Shown piece after piece: positions 1 through 8,120 of a stretch of 17,861 nt of DNA. The notes below the pieces were generated by a model. It did not search any database. It was given only the letters and a program-made list of their open reading frames with translations, and was not told the DNA's origin. Position numbers and translations under genes: made by a program. The stretch is from contig CAYZTT010000013.1 of NCBI GenBank assembly GCA_964481835.1, positions 1 to 17,861 of the forward strand, given 5' to 3'. This stretch comes from Candidatus Woesearchaeota archaeon. GTDB taxonomy: Archaea > Nanobdellota > Nanobdellia > SCGC-AAA011-G17 > PNOQ01. Position 1 is the first letter of the stretch, and the number at the start of each line of letters is the position of its first letter.

Positions 1-1
1 A

Positions 2-67
2 GAACGGGCAAAGCGATTGATTGATATGATGGTGCAGGAAGGACTTGACAGGGAGAACTGGAAATAA
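2..67 (+). CDS. 3' end of an upstream gene (partial; ...ERAKRLIDMMVQEGLDRENWK*)
   Basis: Open frame runs in from the window edge and ends at TAA 65-67. Product unknown. By position it could be the end of a packaging gene. Confidence 0.25.
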   Translation, partial: ERAKRLIDMMVQEGLDRENWK

Positions 68-234
68 TATGCAATCTAAAAGATTAGGTATGGCAGACAG
101 GAGATCAACCATAGGCGATAGAAGAATGTCAGCTATATTCCAACATAACGAAAGACGATGTCAGCAGAGAAGATCATTTGTAGGTGATAGGAGAACTTAC
201 AGGCCTTCTTACAGGACACCGGATTGGAGGTAGT

Positions 235-411
235 ATGAATTTCATACCAAAAACCAGACAGATTATTATAGGGTGTGTAGCCCTTATCAACATGGCCATA
301 GCTTTAGGTTGGATTGCCGGGCAGATTGAAGCAGCTCACGCAACACCGCTGATATCAATGTCAATCGGGGGATTTTTAACTTTATTGAAAGGTGATTCCG
401 ATGAACAATGA
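235..411 (+). CDS. small hydrophobic protein (58 aa, about 2 predicted TM segments); holin-like is possible
   Basis: ATG at 235 is preceded by GGAGG at 227-231. The hydrophobic stretches are IIIGCVALINMAIALGWIAG and LISMSIGGFLTLL. Its stop overlaps the start of the next gene. Confidence 0.35.
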   Translation: MNFIPKTRQIIIGCVALINMAIALGWIAGQIEAAHATPLISMSIGGFLTLLKGDSDEQ

Positions 412-970
412 ACTCTATAAAATTGCTCTGGATGCATGTAAGCAAGTGTATAAGCATAATATAGACTTGGGTACTACGGAGTATATGTATTCCAGATCAG
501 AGTATTTAAATAAGCCATTACAGGTGATTGCTGTTGCCGGTACAAACGAGGGTTTGGATTGGGTTAAGAATTTAGATGTTCGTGATATACAAGGCATTAA
601 GAGGAGTGGTGTTACAGCTGCAAATGAAATGCTGGGGGATTTGAATTGGAAAAGGTGGATTGATCCAAATATTCCTATTTTAATTACAGGACATTCAAAA
701 GGAACCGCAACTGCGGTTGCTTATATGAAGCTTTATGGGGCTGATTATTGTGTTTTATTTAATCCTGTCCGGTGTTTAAGCAGATCCCGAGATAATACCA
801 TGAAAAATACCACAATGTTTCTTGACAAAGAGGATGTGGTATCAAAGTTAGCATGGTTAAGTTTTAAACTGCCAAAATGTAAAATAATTAAGAAACCCAG
901 AGATGCGAGACCATGGTGGGATATAAAAACAAATCACGGCTTATCCTCTTGGAATGAGATTATTGGATAA
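401..970 (+). CDS. lipase class 3 family alpha/beta hydrolase (compact, about 190 aa)
   Basis: Lipase_3-type motifs are present: VIAVAGTNEGLDWVKNLDV (like vaFRGT...nW..Dl) and the nucleophile elbow ITGHSKGTA (like GHSLGG). Downstream Asp (FLDKEDVV) and His (TNHGLSSW) are placed to complete a Ser-Asp-His triad. The likely start is ATG 401 inside the GTG-401 track call, with RBS AAAGGTGA. Confidence 0.55.
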   Translation: MNNELYKIALDACKQVYKHNIDLGTTEYMYSRSEYLNKPLQVIAVAGTNEGLDWVKNLDVRDIQGIKRSGVTAANEMLGDLNWKRWIDPNIPILITGHSKGTATAVAYMKLYGADYCVLFNPVRCLSRSRDNTMKNTTMFLDKEDVVSKLAWLSFKLPKCKIIKKPRDARPWWDIKTNHGLSSWNEIIG

Positions 971-984
971 AAGGAGATCTTTAA

Positions 985-2376
985 ATGGCAAAAGATGAAG
1001 ATATAAGACACATAGTCAAGACATTAGGGGCTATATCCCAAAGGATGAAATACGCAGAGACGTTAGGGGAGACTTATGGCGGAGATAGGGATCTATATCA
1101 GGCATTGGGATACAAAACAAATTTAGAATATAAGGATTATTATCAAAAGTTTAAAAGAGGAGATATTGCTAAAGTAATAATCTCAAAACCGGTTAATGCC
1201 GTATGGGGAAATCCACCAACCCTAAGTGAGGGAGATAAGGATGTTGTAGATACAGATGTTTCCAGTTTAAAAAACCAATGGTTAGCTCTTGTTAAAAACC
1301 ATAATTTATATTCTCAGTTAATAAGATTAGATAAGTTATTGGGATTGGGGACTTTTGCTATTTTATTATTTGGATTTGATGATTCTACTGATTTTAGTAC
1401 TCCTTTGAATGAGGAAAATGCGGAGCTGTTGTATATTCAACCGTATGGTCAGGATAATGTTAATGTTCTTACCATGGAGACAAAAGTTACGGATGCCAGA
1501 TATGGAATGCCTTTAATGTATCAATTGCAAATTCCAAATCCAACTTCGAATACTAAAAATATAAGCATCAATGTTCACCATTCCCGGGTTCTTCATGTAA
1601 TTGAGGACCCATTGGAGAATCCCGTTTATGGAACTCCCAGATTAGAAGCACTATATAATCGGTTGGAGGATTTACAAAAACTATTGGGTGGTAGTGCAGA
1701 GATGTTCTGGAGGGGTGCCAGACCCGGGTATGCAGCACAGGCAGATTCAGATGCTTCATTTGGCTCAATAGATGCTGATTCTATGAGGGAGCAATTTGAT
1801 GAGTTTGAACATAATTTAAGAAGATGGTTAACTGTTCAGGGCGTTAATATAAGTCCCTTAGCTCCTCAAGTAGAATCTCCAAAAGATCATATAGATGCTC
1901 AAATAATGATGATTTCTATTGTAACTGGTATTCCAAAAAGAATATTAACTGGTTCTGAAAGAGGGGAACTAGCAAGTACACAGGATGAGAAAGTTTGGAA
2001 TGTCCTGATAAAAGATCGGATGACCACCTTTGCAGAACCCCAGATTCTAAGACCCCTTATTGACAAACTCATCAGTTGTAATGTTTTAACCACCAAAGAA
2101 GATGATTATCTCTTGACATGGCCTAAAATGTCTGCCATGGGAGAAAAAGAGAAGGCAGATGTAACCAAAACAAGATCCCAAGCAATTGCTGAATATTTAA
2201 AAACTCCGGGCGGAGAAATGCTTGTTCCTCCTGAAATATGGTTAAGGGATGAGTTTGGGTATAGTGAAAATCAGATTAAACAAATACAGGAGATTGTTGG
2301 AGAAATAAAGGTGGCAGAGGATTTAGAAGAAGAGCTAGATCAGATAATTCCTGAAGGAGACAATCTTGTTGAATAA
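985..2376 (+). CDS. phage portal protein
   Basis: A 463-aa protein directly upstream of, and overlapping, a Mu-F-like head morphogenesis gene. This is the canonical portal position and size. It has an acidic C-terminus and an AAGGAG RBS. Confidence 0.6.
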   Translation: MAKDEDIRHIVKTLGAISQRMKYAETLGETYGGDRDLYQALGYKTNLEYKDYYQKFKRGDIAKVIISKPVNAVWGNPPTLSEGDKDVVDTDVSSLKNQWLALVKNHNLYSQLIRLDKLLGLGTFAILLFGFDDSTDFSTPLNEENAELLYIQPYGQDNVNVLTMETKVTDARYGMPLMYQLQIPNPTSNTKNISINVHHSRVLHVIEDPLENPVYGTPRLEALYNRLEDLQKLLGGSAEMFWRGARPGYAAQADSDASFGSIDADSMREQFDEFEHNLRRWLTVQGVNISPLAPQVESPKDHIDAQIMMISIVTGIPKRILTGSERGELASTQDEKVWNVLIKDRMTTFAEPQILRPLIDKLISCNVLTTKEDDYLLTWPKMSAMGEKEKADVTKTRSQAIAEYLKTPGGEMLVPPEIWLRDEFGYSENQIKQIQEIVGEIKVAEDLEEELDQIIPEGDNLVE

Positions 2377-3268
2377 TATAAATACAATGTTTCGGGTTGA
2401 TCCCACGAGAACAATGACTATAAGGAATAGATTTTGTTCCCAGATGTCTAAGAGATTTAGACAATTAAAAGGAGAAATCCGTAAATCCATTGTAGAGAAT
2501 GATTGTTTTGCTTTAAGAGAATTGAGATTGAATGAGCCTTTAGGGAGAAGGCAATATGCTTTTGAGCGAGATCCCGCTAAAATTGCTTTATTCTTAGAAT
2601 GGTTGCAAAAACAAATTGACAATAATATATTAGAACTGTATCATGGGAGTCAATTGGGAGAAGGGATTGAGGGAGCTTGGACAAATATGTATATTAAAAC
2701 AGCATATGAAAAGGGAGTTGGTAGGAGTCATACAGAATTGGCTTCTGCTGGTTATTCTTTTACTGAAAGTGCAAGCATAGCTGCCTCCATGGGAAATATT
2801 CTTCATTTAGATCGGATTGGTATTTTATATACCAGAACTTTTACAGGTCTTAAGGGTATTACAGATGAGATGAGTAAGCAGATTGCTGAGATCTTAGCTG
2901 AAGGAATGTCTCAAGGAAGTGGGCCTTTGGAAATTGCTAAGAAAATAAATGATAGGGTTGATAAGATTGGCATAACAAGAGCTAAGGTTTTAGCCAGAAC
3001 AGAGATGATAAGAGCTCATCATCATGGCATGGTTATGGAGATGCGGAATTGGGGAGTTGTTGGTGTTCGTGTTTTAGCCGAGTGGTCTACCGCTGGAGAT
3101 AGCAGGGTTTGTAGTATTTGTAGACCTTTGGATGGTAAGCTTTTTACTTTAGACCGAGCAGAAGGCTTAATTCCCAGACATGCACAATGCAGATGCATGA
3201 TAATCCCATTAGATGTTACAGATAATGAAACTATGTTAAATAGACTAGGAGATAAAAATGCACATTAA
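2366..3268 (+). CDS. phage head morphogenesis protein, Mu gpF / SPP1 gp7 family
   Basis: The Phage_Mu_F-like signature RAKVLARTEMIRAHHHG...W...GDSRVCSICRPLDGKLF is present. It overlaps the portal stop by 11 nt. An alternative ATG lies at 2387. Confidence 0.75.
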   Translation: MLNNINTMFRVDPTRTMTIRNRFCSQMSKRFRQLKGEIRKSIVENDCFALRELRLNEPLGRRQYAFERDPAKIALFLEWLQKQIDNNILELYHGSQLGEGIEGAWTNMYIKTAYEKGVGRSHTELASAGYSFTESASIAASMGNILHLDRIGILYTRTFTGLKGITDEMSKQIAEILAEGMSQGSGPLEIAKKINDRVDKIGITRAKVLARTEMIRAHHHGMVMEMRNWGVVGVRVLAEWSTAGDSRVCSICRPLDGKLFTLDRAEGLIPRHAQCRCMIIPLDVTDNETMLNRLGDKNAH

Positions 3269-4715
3269 AACTATTTTAAACAGGATAGAACGAGGGAGAA
3301 CAGAAGAATTAAATGGAGAGAGTTATACGGTATATCCTGTAATTATGTTAACTGTTGGAGTTCACTCTGGTTCCGGTGGTCCTACTCTATATACAGAGGA
3401 AGAACTTCAGAATTTCTCTCAGACTTGGAATGGTGTTCCCGTAACATTACAGCACCCAGAATCAAATGGAAATCCTGTTAGTGCTAATTCTCCTGAGATT
3501 TATGAGTCTCAGGTATTGGGAACTGTTTTTAATGTACAATATTCAGATGGAAAATTAAAAGCAGAAATTTGGTTAAATAATAATGATCTGGAGACACTTG
3601 ATCCGGATTTGAAAGGCAGATTGTTAAGCGGAGAGAAGTTAGAAGTAAGTACAGGGCTATATAGTGAAGAAGATACCACTGCTGGTACTTTTAATAATGA
3701 AGAGTATACTTCTATTGCAAGAAATATCAGACCAGACCATTTGGCTTTACTTCCCGGGGAGATTGGAGCTTGTTCATGGGAAGATGGTTGTGGTGTTCGG
3801 TCAAATAAAAAAGGAGGTGACATGATAAGGAGAAAGAAAACAAGCAAAAATGAAAAGAAATGGGATGAGTTTTTTGTTAATTCAGAAGAATCATTTACTA
3901 TCAATGAGCTCGATTATACAAAGATTGTAGATCTTTTGAGTTCAAAGATAGATTCTATGGATGTACGGGGGGAGAAGATAAATTACCTATCCCGTGTATT
4001 TTCGGACCATGTCATTTATCGGATTCACTATAGGGATTCAGAAACTCCTAATAGGATGGTAAAGCGAAATTACCGGATTGAAAATGATGCTGTAGTGTGG
4101 ACTTCTGAGCCAATTAATGTTATGGAACAAGTAACATATACAGAAATCCATAATAATATAGAAACAAAAACAAATGAAAAGGAGAAAGGAATGGAAAAAG
4201 AAAAGGTAAAAACAATGAGGGAGTGCTGCCCAGATAAGGTGAATGAGCTGATCTCCAACAATGCCAATTTTACAGAAGAGAATAGAGAAAGTCTTCTGGA
4301 CATGACCGAAGATGGTTTTGCTTTGACTATTAATGTTGCCAAGGATGTGGACTCTACGGAAGAGAACGATCTTACTGAGAATGCAGAAAAAGAAGAAACT
4401 CAAGAGAATGTAGAAGTAAATACCATGGATGATCTTCTTGCCAATGCTGCCCCGGAACTGAGAGAGTCTATTGAGTATGGGCAGAAGATTCTTTCTGAGA
4501 AGAAAGCAAAACTCATTGATACTATCAAAGCCAATAAGGGAAATTCTTTTTCGGATGAGGAACTTTCGGGCTTTAAGATGGATTTCCTTGAGAAACTGGT
4601 TAAAATGGCCCCTGCTCCAAAAGCCAATTATGCTTTGAATCAGGGAAGTTCTTTTGCAGAAGATAAGGATATAGAACCGCTTCCCATATCAAATAGCTGG
4701 GGAGATGAAGAGTAA
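3258..4715 (+). CDS. putative scaffolding / prohead core protein (DUF2213-like N-terminal domain plus Glu/Lys-rich C-terminal region)
   Basis: It lies between the head morphogenesis and capsid genes. The C-terminal half is low-complexity E/K-rich with predicted helices (ETKTNEKEKGMEKEKVK..., EENDLTENAEKEETQEN), which is typical of scaffold proteins. The N-terminal domain resembles the DUF2213 family that co-occurs with DUF2184 capsids. Confidence 0.45.
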   Translation: MHIKTILNRIERGRTEELNGESYTVYPVIMLTVGVHSGSGGPTLYTEEELQNFSQTWNGVPVTLQHPESNGNPVSANSPEIYESQVLGTVFNVQYSDGKLKAEIWLNNNDLETLDPDLKGRLLSGEKLEVSTGLYSEEDTTAGTFNNEEYTSIARNIRPDHLALLPGEIGACSWEDGCGVRSNKKGGDMIRRKKTSKNEKKWDEFFVNSEESFTINELDYTKIVDLLSSKIDSMDVRGEKINYLSRVFSDHVIYRIHYRDSETPNRMVKRNYRIENDAVVWTSEPINVMEQVTYTEIHNNIETKTNEKEKGMEKEKVKTMRECCPDKVNELISNNANFTEENRESLLDMTEDGFALTINVAKDVDSTEENDLTENAEKEETQENVEVNTMDDLLANAAPELRESIEYGQKILSEKKAKLIDTIKANKGNSFSDEELSGFKMDFLEKLVKMAPAPKANYALNQGSSFAEDKDIEPLPISNSWGDEE

Positions 4716-4740
4716 TTTAAAATTAAATCAGTTGTAAAGA

Positions 4741-4749
4741 TGTATAATT
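4741..4749 (+). promoter_or_regulatory. candidate extended -10 element (TGTATAAT) upstream of the decoration and capsid genes
   Basis: TGnTATAAT at 4741-4749 lies in a 56-nt AT-rich intergenic gap 23 nt upstream of the ATG at 4772. No well-spaced -35 element is present. Confidence 0.2.
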
Positions 4750-4771
4750 TATAAAACAGGAGGAGGAAAAA

Positions 4772-5275
4772 ATGGCTGAAAATTCAATTATTGTAAGACA
4801 AGGACAGGCACAGAGAGTTGAGCTGGAGAAGATCCCAGCTGCTGCGTTTTATCCCGGTCATCTGGTGGAGTTAACCTCTGCTGATAGGGTGCAGAAGCAC
4901 AGTACCGCAGGGGGGAATATTACACCGGCTTTATTTGCTATTGAGGATGAGAATCAGGGAAAGGACATTGATGATGCTTTTGGTACATCAGGTCGTGCTG
5001 TCTGCTGGATTCCTCAGGCTGGAGATTGGGTCCTTGGTGTATTGGCTGACGGCGAAACCGTGGTTATTGGTGATAAACTGGAAAGTGGTGGTGATGGTAC
5101 ACTTAAGAAGCATGTTTCTGATACCGCAGACTCTGATGATCCCGTTACTGTTTACCCAAATCAGATTGTGGGGATTGCCATGGAAGCGTTGGACCTTTCT
5201 GATTCCAGTGGCGGAGAATCTGTAAACACATTTGATGGTGGATATGATCAACGTCTTTGGCTCATGATCGTGTAA
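4772..5275 (+). CDS. small capsid-associated protein (decoration/cement-like, DUF2190/gpD-like)
   Basis: A 167-aa protein immediately upstream of the major capsid gene, with a strong RBS AGGAGGAGG. Its size and position match the decoration proteins that pair with DUF2184 capsids. The C-terminus is Ser/Asp-rich. Confidence 0.4.
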   Translation: MAENSIIVRQGQAQRVELEKIPAAAFYPGHLVELTSADRVQKHSTAGGNITPALFAIEDENQGKDIDDAFGTSGRAVCWIPQAGDWVLGVLADGETVVIGDKLESGGDGTLKKHVSDTADSDDPVTVYPNQIVGIAMEALDLSDSSGGESVNTFDGGYDQRLWLMIV

Positions 5276-5315
5276 TTTAATATATATTTCAATTATATAA
5301 GGAGGAAATATAAAA

Positions 5316-6401
5316 ATGGATATGGAAACAAATGTAACTTATGTTGATCCAGAGGGAGGTTCTTTTTCTGATCCTGAAATCGGGGCGAAGCTTTCAGGTG
5401 GTTTTAGTGTCAATCAACTGAGACCTTTTATTGTAAATGGAAAAGCTTATGTAAACAGACCCATTGATAACAAAGGCAATATGAAAGTTGTTCCTTTTGT
5501 TGCCAATAACGTGGTTCATAATGCTGTTCTTCAAAGGGATGAGTGGATTGAGATTGATCGTGTTGTTCAGAAAATTGCAAGGGAGAGGCTGGTTGGTGCA
5601 GCAGATCTCCTTACCAGAGGACTTACTTATAATTTAACCAATCCCATGGGAAAGACTGTTCTTGAATATCAGGACATGAATGATCCGGGAGAAGCAAACA
5701 TGGATATGGATGCTGCGACTCAGCACAAAAATGATAGACCAGTATTTGAAACCAAATACTTACCTATCCCGATTATCCATTCGGATTTTACCATTGCCCA
5801 GCGTGTTTTGGAAGCTTCCAGAACCCATGGTGACCCCATTGATACTACAATGGCAGAAGCCTGTACTCGCAGAGTTGCAGAGAAGGTTGAAGATATGATC
5901 TTTACCAATACCAGTTTTACTTATGGTGGTGGTTCTATCAGATCATATATATCTGATACTAATAAGAATACTGTAACACTGAGTACCAACTGGGATGCCA
6001 GCAGTAAAACCGGAGCACAGATTGTTGATGATGTTATTGCCATGAAACAGGCCATGATTGATGCCAAACACTATGGTCCTTTTGTAATGTACATTCCTAC
6101 CAGTTATGAGACAGTTCTGGATGATGATTATGTTTCTGGTTATCCAAAAACAATCAGGGAAAGAATACTGGAGATTTCTGGGGTAGACAGTATTAAAGTT
6201 GCTGACAGGCTCGCTGCCGATACTGTTGTTATGGTAGAAATGTCTTCCAGTACTGTTCGTCTGGTAAATGGATTTGCTCCTACTGTTCTTCAGTGGAGTA
6301 CACAGGGAGGTCTGATGCATCATTTTAAGGTAATGGCAATTCAGGTTCTTCAGATCAGAGCAGATCAGGATGGCAATAGCGGTCTCTGCGTATTGTCGTA
6401 A
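5316..6401 (+). CDS. major capsid protein (HK97 fold, DUF2184 / encapsulin-like family)
   Basis: A 361-aa protein in the capsid position with RBS AAGGAGG. Blocks such as EWIEIDRVVQKIARERLVGAADL, PIPIIHSDF, LEASR and DTTMAEACTRRVAEKVEDMIF match the conserved DUF2184 pattern as I remember it. Confidence 0.65.
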   Translation: MDMETNVTYVDPEGGSFSDPEIGAKLSGGFSVNQLRPFIVNGKAYVNRPIDNKGNMKVVPFVANNVVHNAVLQRDEWIEIDRVVQKIARERLVGAADLLTRGLTYNLTNPMGKTVLEYQDMNDPGEANMDMDAATQHKNDRPVFETKYLPIPIIHSDFTIAQRVLEASRTHGDPIDTTMAEACTRRVAEKVEDMIFTNTSFTYGGGSIRSYISDTNKNTVTLSTNWDASSKTGAQIVDDVIAMKQAMIDAKHYGPFVMYIPTSYETVLDDDYVSGYPKTIRERILEISGVDSIKVADRLAADTVVMVEMSSSTVRLVNGFAPTVLQWSTQGGLMHHFKVMAIQVLQIRADQDGNSGLCVLS

Positions 6402-6461
6402 TTCAATCTGAATATAGATGGTAATCAACCCATTTAAATTTTAAATTAAGGAGTTAATCAC

Positions 6462-6875
6462 ATGATAAGAAAAAGTAAAATTAAAGAAATTGAAAAAGGT
6501 GTTGAACGCCCCAGTAGACCTGAGAAATTTAAAGGAATGCTCCGTTATAAGAAAATCAGTGGTGGAGTGCATCGACATTCAAATGGGCAGATTGTAAGGA
6601 AAGGTGAAATCTTGTATGCCCATCCAGAAGAGCTGAGTCCTATTCTTGCTGTGGGTTTTAAATGTCTGGATGAGGCAATTAAAGAAGCACAGGGAATCCA
6701 ATTGGGCATTAAAGATCGTGGAAACGGTTGGTATGATGTTATTAATAAGAAAACAGGAGAAGTCCTTAATGACTCTGCCCTAAGAGCAAAAGATGCTCGG
6801 CAATTCATTACTGGGGATGAAGATGTTGTAACCCCGGAAGAAGTGGAAGAAGATTTTGAAGAAGATGAGGATTAA
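6462..6875 (+). CDS. hypothetical protein with a basic N-terminus and a highly acidic C-terminal tail (TPEEVEEDFEEDED)
   Basis: RBS AAGGAG 8 nt upstream of the start. It lies between the capsid gene and the modification cluster. I recognise no family. Confidence 0.5.
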   Translation: MIRKSKIKEIEKGVERPSRPEKFKGMLRYKKISGGVHRHSNGQIVRKGEILYAHPEELSPILAVGFKCLDEAIKEAQGIQLGIKDRGNGWYDVINKKTGEVLNDSALRAKDARQFITGDEDVVTPEEVEEDFEEDED

Positions 6876-6883
6876 AACTCCTT

Positions 6884-7636
6884 ATGAAATGGAAAGTTCC
6901 TAAAATATGGAAAGGGGAATGTTGGATTATAGGCGGAGGTTCCTCCGTTGCTGAACAATTTAACATTCCTGACACCCTTATCCCCGAATCCAAAGAAGAG
7001 TTTAGAGCTTTTGGAGACTATCTAACATATATTCACAAGAAAAGATGTATTGGTGTTAATGTTTCTGCTTTTTTGGGGGATTGGGTTGATGTAGCTTATT
7101 GGGGTGATTCCGATACATATACTGATTATAGGGCTTGGTTTGATCAATATGCTGGTTTAAAAATATCCAGTGCCGGTAAGTTTAGTGATGCTTCTTTTAA
7201 AGAAATAAAACATCTCTACAAAAGTCTAAGTGGGGGTTTAACAAAACGTAAAAATCAAGTATCTTGGGTTTGTAAAAACTCAGGTGCAAGTGCGATTGAC
7301 TTAGCTCATAAATTGGGGGCTACTGTTATTTATGTACTTGGCATTGATATGTATCTCCATCCTGAAAAAAGGATTCATTGGCACAAAGGATACCCCGACA
7401 AAACAAAAACCCCAACGATGAAACAATTAAAGCAAGGCAAGAAACATCCCAGAAGGATTGTCTCTAAAAAGTCTCAGGAGAATCTTTTTAAAAAACAACT
7501 ACAGGGCTGGAGCCGAATTGCTAAAGATTGCGAAGCAAAAGGGATAAAAGTAATAAATGTAAATCCCAAAAGTAGAGTTGATGTGTTTCCTAAAATGTCT
7601 TTAAAGGAGATTATTGAGTCTGATGAAGAGGTTTAA
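6884..7636 (+). CDS. DUF115 (MptE / Maf 'motility accessory factor'-like) protein; putative nucleotide-sugar or nonulosonate transferase
   Basis: The N-terminal motif ECWIIGGGSSV resembles the GxGPSL motif of DUF115. The core KNSGASAIDLAHKLGATVIYVLGIDMY matches the DUF115 consensus nGGSvanaAlnLAvllGakkIvLiGqDla. Confidence 0.5.
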   Translation: MKWKVPKIWKGECWIIGGGSSVAEQFNIPDTLIPESKEEFRAFGDYLTYIHKKRCIGVNVSAFLGDWVDVAYWGDSDTYTDYRAWFDQYAGLKISSAGKFSDASFKEIKHLYKSLSGGLTKRKNQVSWVCKNSGASAIDLAHKLGATVIYVLGIDMYLHPEKRIHWHKGYPDKTKTPTMKQLKQGKKHPRRIVSKKSQENLFKKQLQGWSRIAKDCEAKGIKVINVNPKSRVDVFPKMSLKEIIESDEEV

Positions 7637-8120
7637 TTGGCTAGATAAGCAAATCAAAAAAAGAAAGATCTCAATCATGTGCCAAGTAGGTACCGGAAAA
7701 GGACGAACTTCTGGGTATATATTAAACCACAATCCCCAGTTAATCTTACATGAGGTTGCCTATTGCCCCGATGATGGTTCTGGTCAATCTTCTTTTTTTG
7801 AGCATCGAAGGGTTTGGAAGAGAAGGGTTTCCCCTTTCTTAGATCGTATTAAAGTTCACGAATTAAAAAGCGAAGAAGCTCATCGAAACATCGAAGACCA
7901 TTTTTTTGATTGTGTTTTTATAGATGCAGATCCTTCTTATGAAATGTGTTTATTGGATATTCAAAATTGGTATCCCAAAGTAAAAAAGGGGGGATTGATT
8001 TGTGGTCATGATTTTGATCATCCTCGTTTTCCCGGAGTAAGAAAAGCTGTAGAAGAGTTTTTTAAAGACTCCTTTGTAGATGCTTCCAGACATGATTGGA
8101 TATGGTGGGCAAAAGTATGA
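7623..8120 (+). CDS. class I SAM-dependent methyltransferase (Methyltransf_24 / TylF-CmcI-like)
   Basis: Motif I is QVGTGKG. The VFIDADPSYE motif is characteristic of the Methyltransf_24 family. The track calls a start at TTG 7614; the in-frame ATG 7623 is more likely. It overlaps the upstream gene. Confidence 0.6.
   Translation: MKRFNWLDKQIKKRKISIMCQVGTGKGRTSGYILNHNPQLILHEVAYCPDDGSGQSSFFEHRRVWKRRVSPFLDRIKVHELKSEEAHRNIEDHFFDCVFIDADPSYEMCLLDIQNWYPKVKKGGLICGHDFDHPRFPGVRKAVEEFFKDSFVDASRHDWIWWAKV

Noticed and set aside
45-233. 62-aa Arg-rich ORF (TTG start; internal ATG at 69)
   Set aside because: It has no convincing RBS and its composition is dominated by AGA/AGG codons within a likely regulatory intergenic region. 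It begins inside the end of the upstream gene and was probably called by chance, so I treat it as non-coding.
415-597. Minus-strand ORFs throughout (for example 415-597, 1568-1768, 3509-3904, 4038-4403, 5943-6428, 10601-10996, 13339-13623, 13976-14272)
   Set aside because: All of them lie antisense to, and inside, well-supported + strand genes. They lack RBSs and have low-complexity or odd composition. These are shadow ORFs of an AT-rich genome.
4716-4771. Intrinsic terminators in the intergenic gaps (4716-4771, 5276-5315, 6402-6461, 13162-13222)
   Set aside because: The gaps are AT-rich and contain no GC-rich stem followed by a T-tract. Only a weak extended -10-like TGTATAAT was noted at 4741-4749.
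4935-5225. Plus-strand alternative-frame ORFs nested in real genes (4935-5225, 5680-5898, 9654-9851)
   Set aside because: They sit out of frame inside the decoration, capsid and glycosyltransferase genes and have no RBS. They are frame shadows.
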